Positions 18,123 to 28,414 of a DNA stretch of 28,423 nt are shown piece after piece (position 1 is the first letter of the stretch; every line of letters begins with the position of its first letter). This DNA is from Thermoanaerobaculia bacterium. Lineage in GTDB: Bacteria; Acidobacteriota; Thermoanaerobaculia; Gp7-AA8. Under the pieces are notes generated by a model, which saw only the letters and a list, made by a program, of their open reading frames with translations, made no database searches and had not been told where the DNA came from. The position numbers were made by a program, and so were the translations under genes. Location: positions 1 through 28,423 of the forward strand of contig DASXIH010000165.1 of NCBI GenBank assembly GCA_036498125.1, given 5' to 3'.

Positions 18123-18966
18123 CCGCGACCTCCGTCTCCGCACCGAGCACTTCACCATCGAAGGCCGCTCCCGGGCGGGGCATGAGACGTACTTTCGCGT
18201 GCGCGAGCTCGGCATCGCGCTCGACGTCGGGCGTTGTCCCGACCTCCTGATCGGGACGCCGAACCTCCTCGTCACGCACGCGCACCTCGACCACGCGGCC
18301 GGGATCCCGTTCTATGCGGGGCAGCGGCACCTGCAGCGGATGCCGGGGGGGAACATCTTCGTCCCGTCGGAAACGCTCGATGACTTCCGCGAGCTGATGC
18401 GCATTCACGAGCGGCTCGAAGGGACGAAGTACGACGTCGAGCTGATCGGACTCGCGCCGGACGACACGTACCGCCTCGGCCGCAACCACACCATCCGCGC
18501 GCACCAGTCGACGCATCGCGTGCCGGCGCGCGGCTACGAGATCATCGAGCGGCGGCACCACCTCCGTCCCGAGTACGCGGGCCTCGACGGACCGCAGATC
18601 GCGGCGCTGCGGCACGAGGGGCGGACCATCCACGACGAATCCGAGGTCTCGATGCTCTTCTACAGCGGCGACACGGACGCGGGGATCTTCGAGTCGTCGC
18701 CGGCGCTCTTCACGTCCGAGGTGCTGATGCTCGAGTGCTCCTTCATCGCGGAAGGCCACGAGGAGCGCGCGGTGAAGTACCGCCACATCCACTTCAACGA
18801 CATCGCGCGCGTGGCGGACCGCTTCGAGAACCGCCTCATCGTGCTGACGCACTTTTCCAAACGCTACGCGCCGTCCGACGTGATCGACCACCTGCGCGAC
18901 GTCTGTCCGGGCGTGCTCCGCGAGCGGCTGCGGTTCGCCTTCCCCGAGCCGTTTGACCGTTTGTAG
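18112..18966 (+). CDS. rnz: Metallo-beta-lactamase-fold ribonuclease, TM/plant-type tRNase Z, 284 aa
   Basis: IEGRSRAGHET (EGxSxxG), DVGRCP, THAHLDHAAG (HxHxDH), STHRVPARGY, short exosite LRPEYAGLDGPQI, YSGDT, LMLECSF, HIHF, LTHFSKRY. Exact start uncertain because it lies in a repeat. Confidence 0.8.
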   Translation: MTSDRDLRLRTEHFTIEGRSRAGHETYFRVRELGIALDVGRCPDLLIGTPNLLVTHAHLDHAAGIPFYAGQRHLQRMPGGNIFVPSETLDDFRELMRIHERLEGTKYDVELIGLAPDDTYRLGRNHTIRAHQSTHRVPARGYEIIERRHHLRPEYAGLDGPQIAALRHEGRTIHDESEVSMLFYSGDTDAGIFESSPALFTSEVLMLECSFIAEGHEERAVKYRHIHFNDIARVADRFENRLIVLTHFSKRYAPSDVIDHLRDVCPGVLRERLRFAFPEPFDRL

Positions 18967-19004
18967 CGGTCGTGTCACCGAATTTGCAGTTATCCTCGCC
19001 TCGA

Positions 19005-20522
19005 ATGTCGCCTCGTCGTTTGCGCGCCTTGGGTGTCGCGCTTCTTTTCCTAATCACGAATTTGCAGATCGCCGACGGAGCGGTGGCGAAACGCCGCCGC
19101 CGTTCCTCGCGGCGCAAGGCCGTTGCTGCCGTTCCCGCGGACGTTGCGGTCGGCGGAAACCTGGCGGAGCGATTGACCTCGCTCATGAACGGCTCCGTCG
19201 CGCGGTCGGGGCAGTCGAGCCTCCAGGTCGTGGAGCTCGACACCGGCAACGTCGTCGCGCAACGCGATCCCGACCTCCCGCTGGCGCCGGCGTCGAACAT
19301 GAAGCTCTTCACCACCGCGGCGTCGATCGACCTCCTGAAGCCGACGTTCGAGGTGACGACCACCGTGTACAAGCGCGGCACCGTCGGCAGCGACGGCACG
19401 CTCGACGGCGACCTCAAAGTCGTCGGCCACGGCGACCCGACCATCGGCGGCCGTTTCCACGACGGCCACGCGACCGCGGTCCTCGAGGAGTGGGTGAGCG
19501 ACATCAAGCACGCCGGCATCAAGACCATCAAGGGGAACCTGGTCTTCGAGTACGGCTACATGGACACGGAGTACATCCATCCGACCTGGCCGGCCAACCA
19601 GCTCGTCAACTGGTACGAGGCGCCGGTCTCGGCGTTTTCGATGCAGGAGGGCTGCGCGCAGGTGCGCGTGCTGCCGAGCAAGCCGGGGAAGCAATGTGTG
19701 GTGCAGTTCGAGCCGCCGACCAACTTCCTGCAGCTGCAGAACAGCTGCGTCACCGGCCGCGGGCTGCCGTTCATCACGCGCATCCGCGGCACGAACACGG
19801 TCGTCGTGCGCGGCGGCGTGCCGTCACGATCGGGAGCGACCGAGGTGTTCGTGACGGTCGAGAATCCGATTCAGTACTTCGCCACCGTCACGAATGAGAC
19901 GTTCGCGCGCAACGGGCTCAAAGTCGACGGACAGATCGTCATCACGCCGCGCGACGAGCGTCCGGGCTGGTCGCCGGTCGCACAGCACTCCACGCCGCTC
20001 AACATCCTCGTCTACGTCATCAACAAGAAGAGCCAGAACACCTACGCCGAGCAGGTGGTGAAGATGATCGGCGCCGAGACGAAGCACGAAGGCACGTGGC
20101 AGGCCGGCACCTCGGCCGTCACCGAGTGGCTGACCGGGAAGATCGGCGTGCCGGCGAACGAGTACCACCAGGCCGACGGCTCGGGGATGTCGCGCGATAA
20201 CCGCGCATCGGCGAACGCGTTCATTCACCTCCTGCGCTACATGTGGGCCAGCCCGTGGCGCGAGGACTTCGTCTCGTCGCTGCCGTACTCCGGCGATCCC
20301 GACTCGAAGTTCGGCCACCGCCTCCGCACCGCGCCGTACGCGCGCCAGGTCTACGCGAAGACCGGCTACATCTCGGGCGTGGTCGGCCTCTCCGGCTACG
20401 TCCACGCCCACAGCGGCAAGATCTACGCGTTCTCGTTCGTCTTCAACGGCTATCACGTCGGCGTCTACGCGATTTACAACCTGCAGGACACGATGTTGAA
20501 GGAGATCATCACGAACGGGTAG
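19005..20522 (+). CDS. dacB: D-alanyl-D-alanine carboxypeptidase/endopeptidase (PBP4, peptidase S13), ~505 aa
   Basis: PASNMKLFT (SxxK), KSQN (SxN), AKTGYI (KTG), GHGDPT, DGSGMSRDN; N-terminal export signal. ATG 19005 preferred over GTG 18972. Confidence 0.93.
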   Translation: MSPRRLRALGVALLFLITNLQIADGAVAKRRRRSSRRKAVAAVPADVAVGGNLAERLTSLMNGSVARSGQSSLQVVELDTGNVVAQRDPDLPLAPASNMKLFTTAASIDLLKPTFEVTTTVYKRGTVGSDGTLDGDLKVVGHGDPTIGGRFHDGHATAVLEEWVSDIKHAGIKTIKGNLVFEYGYMDTEYIHPTWPANQLVNWYEAPVSAFSMQEGCAQVRVLPSKPGKQCVVQFEPPTNFLQLQNSCVTGRGLPFITRIRGTNTVVVRGGVPSRSGATEVFVTVENPIQYFATVTNETFARNGLKVDGQIVITPRDERPGWSPVAQHSTPLNILVYVINKKSQNTYAEQVVKMIGAETKHEGTWQAGTSAVTEWLTGKIGVPANEYHQADGSGMSRDNRASANAFIHLLRYMWASPWREDFVSSLPYSGDPDSKFGHRLRTAPYARQVYAKTGYISGVVGLSGYVHAHSGKIYAFSFVFNGYHVGVYAIYNLQDTMLKEIITNG

Positions 20523-20533
20523 GCTGCGACAAC

Positions 20534-23839
<3,306 letters not shown>

Positions 23840-24228
23840 CAATCACCTCTGATCCGCCGGCTTGTGGATGTGCGGCGAGCGCTCTGAGTTGCTCTTTCCC
23901 GAGATTCAGGTTGCCCATCGCGCAGTGCAAGCGCGCCTTGCGCAGATGTGCGGCGATCGCGTACGCGCCCGTCGGCGCGCATTCGAGGTATGAGGCGAAC
24001 AAGTCGAGGGCCTTGGCGCCTTCACTTTCGTCGTGAGTGCTGAAGTAGGACGTTTCGTACTGACGCGCCGTGCTGTATTGGCCGACGTAGTACGTCTCGT
24101 CGTAACACTGCGGCTGCTGCGGCGGTGGCGTGAAGGGGATCGGTGGCGGCGTGGAAGGCGGCGGTGGCGGTGGCGGCGGGGCTGACGCGCACGCCGCCAG
24201 GAAACCGGCGAGGACGGCGGCGGCGACC

Positions 24229-24978
24229 CTACCGCTCGAGAAACTCATAGCCTTTCTTCTTTGCGACCGCTGCATGTGCGGCCTTGACGGCCGGCAGGAG
24301 GTCCGCCGCCTTCACGAAGTACGTGGTCCCGTTCCATTCGCCCTCCGCGTCCTGGACCACGCTGACGACCATTCCGATGACGGTCTGTTCCGCGGAGAAA
24401 ACGGGTGAACCGCTGCATCCCGGCAATGCAAAAGCATCGGTAGCCGCAAGATTCTTCCGCTCGCGGAGGACACCAGCGCCTGGCGACTCTGTGTTCCATT
24501 CCAGGAGGTCGCCGGGCGTGACCATGAGGCGCGGCCGCCCGTACGGAACGTCGGGAAAGCCGGTGATGAGCAGCGTTCCTCGCGGCGGTGGGGCGGCGTC
24601 GGGGCGGAGGCTCACCCGCGTCTTGGGTGCGTTCGGGAACCAGAGAACGGCGACGTCGCGGTCCGGGCTCGCGTACACGACGGCGCAGCCTTCGTAACGG
24701 TTCGCCGCCGTCGACCAACACTGGACCGAACGAGCATGCGAGCCGTCTTCGTACACCACTGTATGCTTCGCCGTCGCAACGAGGTTCTCATCGACGACGA
24801 AACCGGTTCCGTACTCGAAATCGTCACGCACCAAGCCGCTCGCGTCCTTCAGCAGCTTCGTTCCCTTGTACGCGCGTACCTTGATCACACTTCTCGCGGC
24901 GGCGTCCATGACGTCCGCCTCGCGCGCGACTGATGGACTCAGAAGAATGCTCAGAACGATCGCGGCTCGGAGGTTCAC
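24229..24978 (-). CDS. Exported trypsin-like serine protease (S1), 249 aa
   Basis: Signal peptide; GTGFVV, TAKHTV (His), DRDVAVL (Asp), LPGCSGSPV (Ser), VIGMV; GTGA overlap with the upstream gene. Confidence 0.88.
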   Translation of the reverse strand: MNLRAAIVLSILLSPSVAREADVMDAAARSVIKVRAYKGTKLLKDASGLVRDDFEYGTGFVVDENLVATAKHTVVYEDGSHARSVQCWSTAANRYEGCAVVYASPDRDVAVLWFPNAPKTRVSLRPDAAPPPRGTLLITGFPDVPYGRPRLMVTPGDLLEWNTESPGAGVLRERKNLAATDAFALPGCSGSPVFSAEQTVIGMVVSVVQDAEGEWNGTTYFVKAADLLPAVKAAHAAVAKKKGYEFLER

Positions 24979-25412
24979 GGTGATGTTCCGCCGAAGCGGG
25001 CGATCACCTCATCCGCATAGTCGCGGTACCGGCGGATGTTCCGTTTAGAGCCGGAGACGACCTTGAGCATCTTCGTGTTCTGGAGTGCTTCGTCACACAC
25101 CTCACGAAGCTCGCGTGCGCTCTTGAGGATCTCGTCATGGGACACGCTGTCGTCAAGTGGATTCAGCGGATCGCCGTTTTGCTGACTCTGCTCGTGGATC
25201 TCGATGTCGTGCTTCACCGCTTGTTTCAACGACGCCAGCCGCTCCTGCACGTCGCGGTAGGTGCTGCGTTGTGCGCGCACGAACGAGCTCGTGGTCTTTC
25301 GCCGATGATGCGCGTGCGTCGTCGGTTTCTGGACATACGTCACTCCCGGCACGCACTTCGCGGCGATCAATACGAGCGCAAGGGGCACCAGCCAAAGCCG
25401 CCGGCTGAGCAT
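24975..25412 (-). CDS. Exported or membrane-anchored helical hypothetical protein, 145 aa
   Basis: SD AGGAGG before ATG 25412; MLSRRLWLVPLALVLIAAKC (Cys present, non-canonical lipobox); amphipathic helical body. Confidence 0.7.
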   Translation of the reverse strand: MLSRRLWLVPLALVLIAAKCVPGVTYVQKPTTHAHHRRKTTSSFVRAQRSTYRDVQERLASLKQAVKHDIEIHEQSQQNGDPLNPLDDSVSHDEILKSARELREVCDEALQNTKMLKVVSGSKRNIRRYRDYADEVIARFGGTSP

Positions 25413-25488
25413 TTGCTGCCTCCTTCTGACTTGTCGGACCCGGAGCGCGCAGTTTATCGCAGGCAAGACGCGGTTTGCACGTAGGGGC

Positions 25489-25494
25489 TACACT
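25489..25494 (+). promoter_or_regulatory. Putative -10 element of a leaderless transcript
   Basis: TACACT, 6 nt (GTTCCG), then ATG 25501; no SD. Confidence 0.6.
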
Positions 25495-25500
25495 GTTCCG

Positions 25501-25851
25501 ATGGCCATCACCGGCGCGCACTCGGTCATCTACTCGAAGGATGCGGACGCCGACCGTGCCTTCTTCCGCGACGTCCTGAAGTTCCCGTTCGTCGACGTCA
25601 ACGACGGCTGGCTGATCTTCGGATTGCCGCCGGCCGAGGTTGCGGTGCATCCGAGCGAGGAAAACGGCGTGCACGAGTTCTTTCTCATGTGCGACGACGT
25701 CAACGCCTTCGTCGCCGAGATGAAATCGAAGAACGTTCCGTGCGGCGAATTGCACCAGCAGCCGTGGGGAATGCTCGTGCAGCTCACATTGCCGGGCGGC
25801 GGCAAGCTCGGGGTGTATCAACCGCGCCACGCGAGACCACCCGCGGCCTGA
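25501..25851 (+). CDS. VOC/glyoxalase (extradiol dioxygenase-like) family protein, 116 aa
   Basis: HSVIYSKDADADRAFFRDVL, FFLMCDDVNAFVAEMKSKNV, QPWGMLVQLTLPGGGKLGVYQP. Confidence 0.88.
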   Translation: MAITGAHSVIYSKDADADRAFFRDVLKFPFVDVNDGWLIFGLPPAEVAVHPSEENGVHEFFLMCDDVNAFVAEMKSKNVPCGELHQQPWGMLVQLTLPGGGKLGVYQPRHARPPAA

Positions 25852-25853
25852 TT

Positions 25854-26105
25854 TGACGCGGTTCATGCCATCGTAGGCATGACTCACGTCAACGAAGTAG
25901 CGACCCGCGCCAAATTGGGCCGATCGTGCCTTTCATTGGCGTCGGTCGAGCCATGGTTGACATATTTCATGTCAGTGATGGCGTATCTCAACTCAAAATG
26001 ACCGACTGTTGATGTAATTTGAAACGACTCGCGCCTTTGATGACATGAACCATGCCATCAATGGCGTACCTGTCGCCATTTTGACGCATCCGTCGCTCAT
26101 TTTGA
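25854..26105. promoter_or_regulatory. Array of repeated operator-like sites
   Basis: Three 27-bp modules with consensus TGACRY-N5-ATGYCA-N4-WGGCRT start at 25854, 25958 and 26041. A second motif, GTCG(N)YCATTTTGA, occurs at 25993-26006 (reverse), 26072-26084 and 26092-26105. Confidence 0.7.
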
Positions 26106-26111
26106 TAGACT
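26081..26111 (+). promoter_or_regulatory. Putative sigma70-type promoter with long spacer
   Basis: TTGACG (26081-26086), 19 nt, TAGACT (26106-26111), then 7 nt to ATG 26119 (leaderless geometry). Confidence 0.5.
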
Positions 26112-26118
26112 TCGCATC

Positions 26119-26490
26119 ATGGCTGACAGCGTTGACACCATTTCGGACCTCGCCACGCGCATCGCCGATATCCGAAGCCGTTTGCGTGACCTCGAAGCCG
26201 AGCGAGTGGCACTCCGAAGCGAGCTCGATGACTGTACCGCCCGTTTCACACGCCTGACGACCGGCGTCTATGAGCCGACGACCGGCTCCTCTCAGATCGA
26301 CGTCGAGATCGTCCGCCTCTTCCGCCAGTATCCCGACACGTTCTTCACTTCTACCGATCTCGCATCGCACCTTCGCAAGCGAAACTGGTCGAATATCGAC
26401 GGCGCCTACCTCCGCACCAAGCTCGCCCGCCTCGCCAAACGCGGCGTGATCCGGCGGGTGGGGCATGGGCGGTACATGGATAAGGGCTAG
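26119..26490 (+). CDS. Coiled-coil plus winged-helix putative DNA-binding protein, 123 aa
   Basis: Heptad region LATRIADIRSRLRDLEAERVALRSELD; C-terminal FFTSTDLASHL...YLRTKLARLAKRGVIRRVGHGRY, a wHTH recognition helix plus wing of AbiEi/Rok style. Confidence 0.75.
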   Translation: MADSVDTISDLATRIADIRSRLRDLEAERVALRSELDDCTARFTRLTTGVYEPTTGSSQIDVEIVRLFRQYPDTFFTSTDLASHLRKRNWSNIDGAYLRTKLARLAKRGVIRRVGHGRYMDKG

Positions 26491-27278
26491 TCGCCGACCA
26501 GCGAGAACGGATCGACGCGCGCTCCCTGGACGCGCATCGCCCAATGCAGGTGCGGAGCGGTGACGCGGCCGGTGGCGCCGGAGAGGCCGACGAGCTGGCC
26601 GTTCTTCACGATGTCCCCGCGCTTTACGTCGATCCGCGAGAGGTGCGCGTACAGCGAATAGATGCCGAGGCCGTGGTCGACGATCACGGTGTTTCCGGTG
26701 AAGAAGAGCGGCTTCGCGAGAACTACGCGGCCGCGATTCGTCGCATGCACCGGCGTCCCTTTCGCTGCGTGCAAGTCGGCGCCGGAGTGCGGCGCGCGCG
26801 GCTCGCCGTTGAAGATGCGTCGTGATCCGAAGTTCGTTCCCGTCTCACCCGGAATGGGAACCGAGAACGGCTCATCGGGAACGATCTCGCTGGTGATCCG
26901 GCGGTAGATCGCGCCGACTTCTTTGTTCTCGCGGGCCGACCGATCGATGGCCGCCTTGCTCAACTCGACGAATTTCTCCGCGACCTGAAGCGGCTGCGTC
27001 GGATACTTTTTCGCCTCGACGTCGATCGTGATCTCGCGCCGTTCGACGCGCCCATCCGCCATCGCCATCACCGCCTCCGCCTCATGCGCGCCCGGCTTCG
27101 CGTCGAGGTCGACGCCGAGGATCGTGGCCCAGCCGTCGCCCGCCCGAAACGCCGGGACGGATTTCTGCAGCCACATCACATGCACCGACTTCACGCCCGG
27201 CTCGTTCGGCACCCTCACCCGGACGGCGCTGCCTTGATGTGCGGAGAAGGCGAGTACGGCGAAGAAGAGAGGGATCAT
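26487..27278 (-). CDS. M23-family metallopeptidase, 263 aa
   Basis: PHSGADL (HxxxD), GNTVIVDHGLG, LYAHLS, TGRVTAPHLHW (HxH); signal peptide. Confidence 0.93.
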   Translation of the reverse strand: MIPLFFAVLAFSAHQGSAVRVRVPNEPGVKSVHVMWLQKSVPAFRAGDGWATILGVDLDAKPGAHEAEAVMAMADGRVERREITIDVEAKKYPTQPLQVAEKFVELSKAAIDRSARENKEVGAIYRRITSEIVPDEPFSVPIPGETGTNFGSRRIFNGEPRAPHSGADLHAAKGTPVHATNRGRVVLAKPLFFTGNTVIVDHGLGIYSLYAHLSRIDVKRGDIVKNGQLVGLSGATGRVTAPHLHWAMRVQGARVDPFSLVGD

Positions 27279-27338
27279 CAGTCCCAGTTGGCTTGCGAAT
27301 CATCCGCCAACGAGCGGCTGGATCGATATAAGCCGTCT

Positions 27339-27602
27339 CTAGCGGCGTTTCTGTTCCGCCAGAAACTTCCGGATGATCGCGCGTTGATTCTCATTCTTGA
27401 TCCGCGTGAACATTCGTTCTCCCAGCGAAACGACCGTCCCCGGCCGATCGAACGGGAGCTTGCCGTACATCTTGCCGCCCGCGAAGTGACAAGGCATGCA
27501 CCGCTTCTCGAGGATCGGTTCCACCGACGCATGGAACGTATCGGCTTTATCCGTACCGGAGACAGCGATGAGCAGCGGTAGAAGGCACGCCAGCAGGCGC
27601 AT
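27339..27602 (-). CDS. Small exported monoheme c-type cytochrome (planctomycete-cytochrome-like), 87 aa
   Basis: Signal peptide MRLLACLLPLLIAVSG; FHASVEPILEKRCMPCHF with CxxCH. ATG 27602 is supported by TATCGT-N6-ATG. Confidence 0.72.
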   Translation of the reverse strand: MRLLACLLPLLIAVSGTDKADTFHASVEPILEKRCMPCHFAGGKMYGKLPFDRPGTVVSLGERMFTRIKNENQRAIIRKFLAEQKRR

Positions 27603-27608
27603 GGGAAA

Positions 27609-27614
27609 ACGATA
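27609..27614 (-). promoter_or_regulatory. Putative -10 element of a leaderless transcript
   Basis: Minus strand TATCGT, 6 nt (TTTCCC), then ATG 27602; no SD. Confidence 0.5.
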
Positions 27615-27681
27615 GGCTCCGGGAACCCTGCCCGCCCGAAAATCTTCCGTCAACTTCGGGCGCCGCTACAATTACCGCAGC

Positions 27682-27867
27682 ATGCAACCGAGGGCCGAGG
27701 TGACTCTCATCGCGCTGGATGGCGAAGAGATTTTCGAAGTCACTCCGGAACTGAAAGCCGTTCTTCTGGAGTCCATGGCGCAGGGCGATCGTGGCGAAAC
27801 CATTTCGGGTGACCAACTGCTTCGGGAGTTGCGTAGCCGCTTAGGCCCATATCAGCTCGCGACATGA
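27682..27867 (+). CDS. Small acidic antitoxin-like protein (ParD/RelB-type C-terminus), 61 aa; no cognate toxin present
   Basis: ...LLESMAQGDRGETISGDQLLRELRSR resembles the toxin-binding tails of ParE/RelE-partner antitoxins (recognition, not search); TACAAT lies 9 nt upstream. Confidence 0.55.
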   Translation: MQPRAEVTLIALDGEEIFEVTPELKAVLLESMAQGDRGETISGDQLLRELRSRLGPYQLAT

Positions 27868-27926
27868 ACGCCCGTGAGCGGAGATCGTATGACACGCTTG
27901 AAGAAGATACCCAAGTTCAAGGATGA
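27840..27926 (+). pseudogene. brnT: 3' remnant of a BrnT (DUF497) toxin gene
   Basis: Alternative frame reads LRPISARDMNARERRSYDTLEEDTQVQG*, the typical BrnT C-terminus (R.ISAR.M...ER..Y), overlapping the brnA ATG. An in-frame TAG lies two codons upstream and there is no start for a full-length gene. Confidence 0.8.
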
Positions 27927-28161
27927 AGACGCTGAGCGAGAGTTCTGGTCGAAGGCGGATTCGACCGAATACATCGACTGGTCGGAGGCGCAGAAGCTCG
28001 TTCTTCCGAACTTTCGCCCTACGCTTCGGACGATCTCGCTACGACTGCCCGAGTCGATGATCGCGGAGCTGAAGCTTCTTGCGAATCAGCGGGATGTTCC
28101 GTACCAGTCGTTGCTCAAGGTCTTTCTCGCGGAAAAGATCAAGGAAGAGCGATTCAAATGA
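27889..28161 (+). CDS. brnA: BrnA/CopG-family antitoxin, 90 aa
   Basis: IPKFKDEDAEREFW...DSTEYIDWS...TISLRLPESMIAELKLLANQRDVPYQSLLKVFLAEKI, with a C-terminal ribbon-helix-helix. Confidence 0.88.
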   Translation: MTRLKKIPKFKDEDAEREFWSKADSTEYIDWSEAQKLVLPNFRPTLRTISLRLPESMIAELKLLANQRDVPYQSLLKVFLAEKIKEERFK

Positions 28162-28337
28162 CGCACGGGAACGAAGTGCTTCACGGCCGCACGGCGCGTT
28201 GACGGGAGTGGGGGCGGTTCCTTGATGGGTGTGTTGAACAGGATAACGGCTAGGAAAAGCTTCATCGGCGACGTACTACTTCGAATCCATTGTGAATCAC
28301 TCTCCAGCGAAAGTAATCTTTTCGTTCTGTGGTGAGC

Positions 28338-28377
28338 CGAAGGGGTGTGAAAACTGCCGTTCCGCGTCACTCCTTCG
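28338..28377 (+). other. Stem-loop in a probable 5' leader
   Basis: CGAAGGGGTG (28338-28347) pairs with CACTCCTTCG (28368-28377) with one G-U pair. It lies after a TAATCT hexamer (28314-28319) and before SD AAGGAG (28402-28407). Confidence 0.45.
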
Positions 28378-28414
28378 ATGTAGGAAACTGACGATTCAAG
28401 GAAGGAGCTAAAGG

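Noticed and set aside
18076-18978. 301-codon N-terminal extension of the TMTC-like ORF that would fully overlap rnz
   Set aside because: It is the antisense frame of rnz. A GTG with GGAG and a signal-anchor at 18075 gives a normal-length protein.
24124-24180. GGC/GGT-rich low-complexity tract
   Set aside because: It encodes the poly-proline linker of the lipoprotein on the minus strand and is not an independent repeat element.
25957-25985. Perfect TTGACA -35 hexamer
   Set aside because: No TANNNT at 16-18 nt downstream; it is better explained as part of the TGACAT half-site.
25854-26068. Possible CRISPR array or iteron origin from the three 27-bp modules
   Set aside because: Only the half-sites are conserved, spacing is unequal (104 and 83 bp), and no cas or rep gene is adjacent. 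Retained instead as an operator-like array.
27278-27532. 84-aa minus-strand ORF bridging the cytochrome and M23 genes
   Set aside because: It is off-frame within the cytochrome c gene, Arg/Ser-rich and motif-free.
28333-28365. GAGCCG...GAAA...CGTTCC resembling group II intron domain V, and GCCGAAGG...GAAAACT resembling a glycine riboswitch
   Set aside because: The domain V helix does not pair properly and there is no maturase/RT in view. The glycine aptamer's GGAGA and CUCAGG segments are missing.
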